From Paraphysomonas bandaiensis (taxonomy: Eukaryota > Protista > Chrysophyceae): a stretch of DNA of 64,000 nt. The position numbers and the translations under genes were made by a program. This document shows, piece by piece, positions 62,141 through 64,000 of this stretch. The notes below the pieces were generated by a model. It did not search any database, was not told the DNA's origin, and worked only from the letters and a program-made list of their open reading frames with translations. The stretch spans positions 310,001 to 374,000 of the forward strand of contig CBFFRP010000426.1 in assembly GCA_965644295.1 (NCBI GenBank). The letters run 5' to 3'. Numbering within the stretch: position 1 is the first letter of the stretch; every line of letters starts with the position of its first letter.

Positions 62141-62260
62141 TATGCATTTATGTGAATAATTTAAACTTTGTAACTCAGACTGGATGCTACAGTTAAACAA
62201 AGGGTGACGAGCTTGCCTCTACTACATAGTTGAGTGATACAAAGTCTGAAACACCAACCT

Positions 62261-63236
62261 TAAACTTTGAAGGAGTTTTGGACCTACGACGAGTATATGT
62301 CACAACTCTAAACTTGATGTTGGAGCCAAAGCACTTTCTAAATTCCCCTCATATAATAAGGTTTGGAAAACTAATCTAATAATTAGTATTAAGTGTGCAG
62401 TGATGTAATTTACGTAGACTATTGGAGCCATTGAGATTTATGTACATGATGTTGCTCGCTTAGAACCCCGGGTATATCTAAATGATAGTCTAGTAGATTA
62501 GAAATTTCGGCGGTTGTGAATCGAAAACATTTCCAGTGGTATACCTTCCAATGCGTACGACCTTAAATTCTCCATGATATATTTATTTCCAAGCTGTTTT
62601 TAATAGGAAAACCTAGTATAGGTGGGGAGCAGTCTGATAAAATGTATGAGAGAGTACGCAGGTGGACAACACACAGGAAAATATTTTTGAAGACTTCCTT
62701 TCCGATCGACCACTGGAGCGTGATGTGTAATGAGAATCGATTTGGAAATTGGGATGATGACTCGGGGCTGCATGGATTCTCATTACACATCACGCTCCAG
62801 TGGTCGATCGGAAAGGAAGTCTTCAAAAATATTTTCCTGTGTGTTGTCCACCTGCGTACTCTCTCATACATTTTATCAGACTGCTCCCCACCTATACTAG
62901 GTTTTCCTATTAAAAACAGCTTGGAAGGAGAATTTAAGGTCGTACGCATTGGAAGGTATACCACTGGAAATGTTTTCGATTCACAACCGCCGAAATTTCT
63001 AATCTACTAGACTATCATTTAGATATACCCGGGGTTCTAAGCGAGCAACATCATGTACATAAATCTCAATGGCTCCAATAGTCTACGTAAATTACATCAC
63101 TGCACACTTAATACTGATTATTAGATTAGTTTTCCAAACCTTATTATATGAGGAAATTTAGAAAGTGCTTTGGCTCCAACATCAAGTTTAGAGTTGTGAC
63201 ATACTCGTCGTAGGTCCAAAACTCCTTCAAAGTTTA
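62261..63236. repeat. Long inverted repeat (arms 62261-62738 and 62775-63236, 36-nt spacer) made of a Ulp1/C48 protease pseudogene fragment
   Basis: Near-perfect reverse complementarity; encodes DVARLEPRVYLNDSLVD* and YERVRRWT...IFLK..FPIDHWSV. Confidence 0.9.
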
Positions 63237-63320
63237 TATTGATATACAAAACGCTTAACCTCTGCTAGTTGCTTGTGCAACGGATTGAATGATGTGTGTA
63301 TTGAATGATATGAGGCACAC

Positions 63321-63698
63321 ACCCTCAACAAAGTCGGACTCGCACCTTTTCGTGGTGTTCTGGGGGATAACTTATCCGGGAAACTAACGTGAGCCGCATA
63401 TTATATAGTCAGCAGATATATTGTTCTGCCCACTCATAGCCAAATGCTTGTGTGGTACAAGGGACACTAATAAGTGTCACTTGTGTAGACGTCTTTGGGC
63501 CCTGACGAATAAACAGGCATCCGGGAATGGGCCCACCTCAAGGGCATCCGGGACAGGGCCCACCAGAAGGGTAACCGGGGTATTGGGCTGCCTGCTGAAG
63601 TTAAGCATCCGGGATGTTCACCTTAAGAACTCAAAACACCTGAAGTCAGCAGATGTCAGGTATATCAACATTCTGCTTTCTTCGTTTGCTTTGAGTGA
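63321..63698. repeat. Family-A repeat copy in inverted orientation
   Basis: Reverse complement of the family core (accctcaacaaagtcggactcgcacc...gtcagcagatgtcaggtatatcaac). Confidence 0.85.
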
Positions 63699-64000
63699 TT
63701 GATGCTGAGTATGAGTTCACATTATTCGGTATCTGTGTGGCCAATGACCGAGGTAATGCGTCAAACTTTCCTCATGGATGCATGGCAATGGCAATGATGT
63801 GATTAGACCTGTCATGTCTTCTCACACGTCTACTGCCTAGTCTTGGTTTCTCCTGACTCAGGTCATTGAGATTATATCAAGGCTCTGGCACTGTTCTCCA
63901 AGCAGTGTCAGGTACATTTGTGGTGCTTTTATGTTATTCTTGCTTAGTAGGTTTTCATCCGAGCGGGGAAGGTGCACGGTTTCCTACTAGTGTAAGTCAC

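Noticed and set aside
63421-63702. Cys-rich ORF in the family-A repeat
   Set aside because: The frame is not preserved across copies (indels and stops); no recognisable domain

Overview
Gene-dense eukaryotic nuclear DNA from a flagellated protist, probably a stramenopile such as a chrysophyte (inferred from the Hsp70/5S sequence style, short ~45-60 nt GT-AG introns and flagellar genes). About 19 protein genes lie mostly in alternating divergent/convergent pairs: EFCAB2/DRC8-like, a CH-like protein, a DZIP1-N/C2 protein, an RluA-type pseudouridine synthase, Hsp70, RPS20, an EXS protein, TEX10/IPI1, organellar LeuRS, a DMT transporter, a saccharopine dehydrogenase-like enzyme, TAF2, a SNAP-25-like SNARE, MRG15/Eaf3, a sulfotransferase-like protein, a PX-PH protein, a DOT1-like methyltransferase, a TPM-RING protein and a GT2-like enzyme. 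There are also two tandem 5S rRNA copies. The standout is a 10.3-kb insertion (39853-50129) bounded by a 12-bp target-site duplication. It is a non-LTR retrotransposon whose polyprotein carries two OTU-like cysteine-protease modules and a SET methyltransferase domain ahead of APE endonuclease, RT and RNase H, and it appears to have 3'-transduced an ankyrin-like repeat fragment. It sits inside an unclassified ~600-bp repeat family found only downstream of gene 3' ends. That family is also associated with a captured antisense fragment of a neighbouring gene and a ~1-kb foldback of a Ulp1 protease pseudogene. Divergent promoters carry (TATG)n/(CATA)n tracts. All domain calls come from motifs recognised by eye; no database searches were run.
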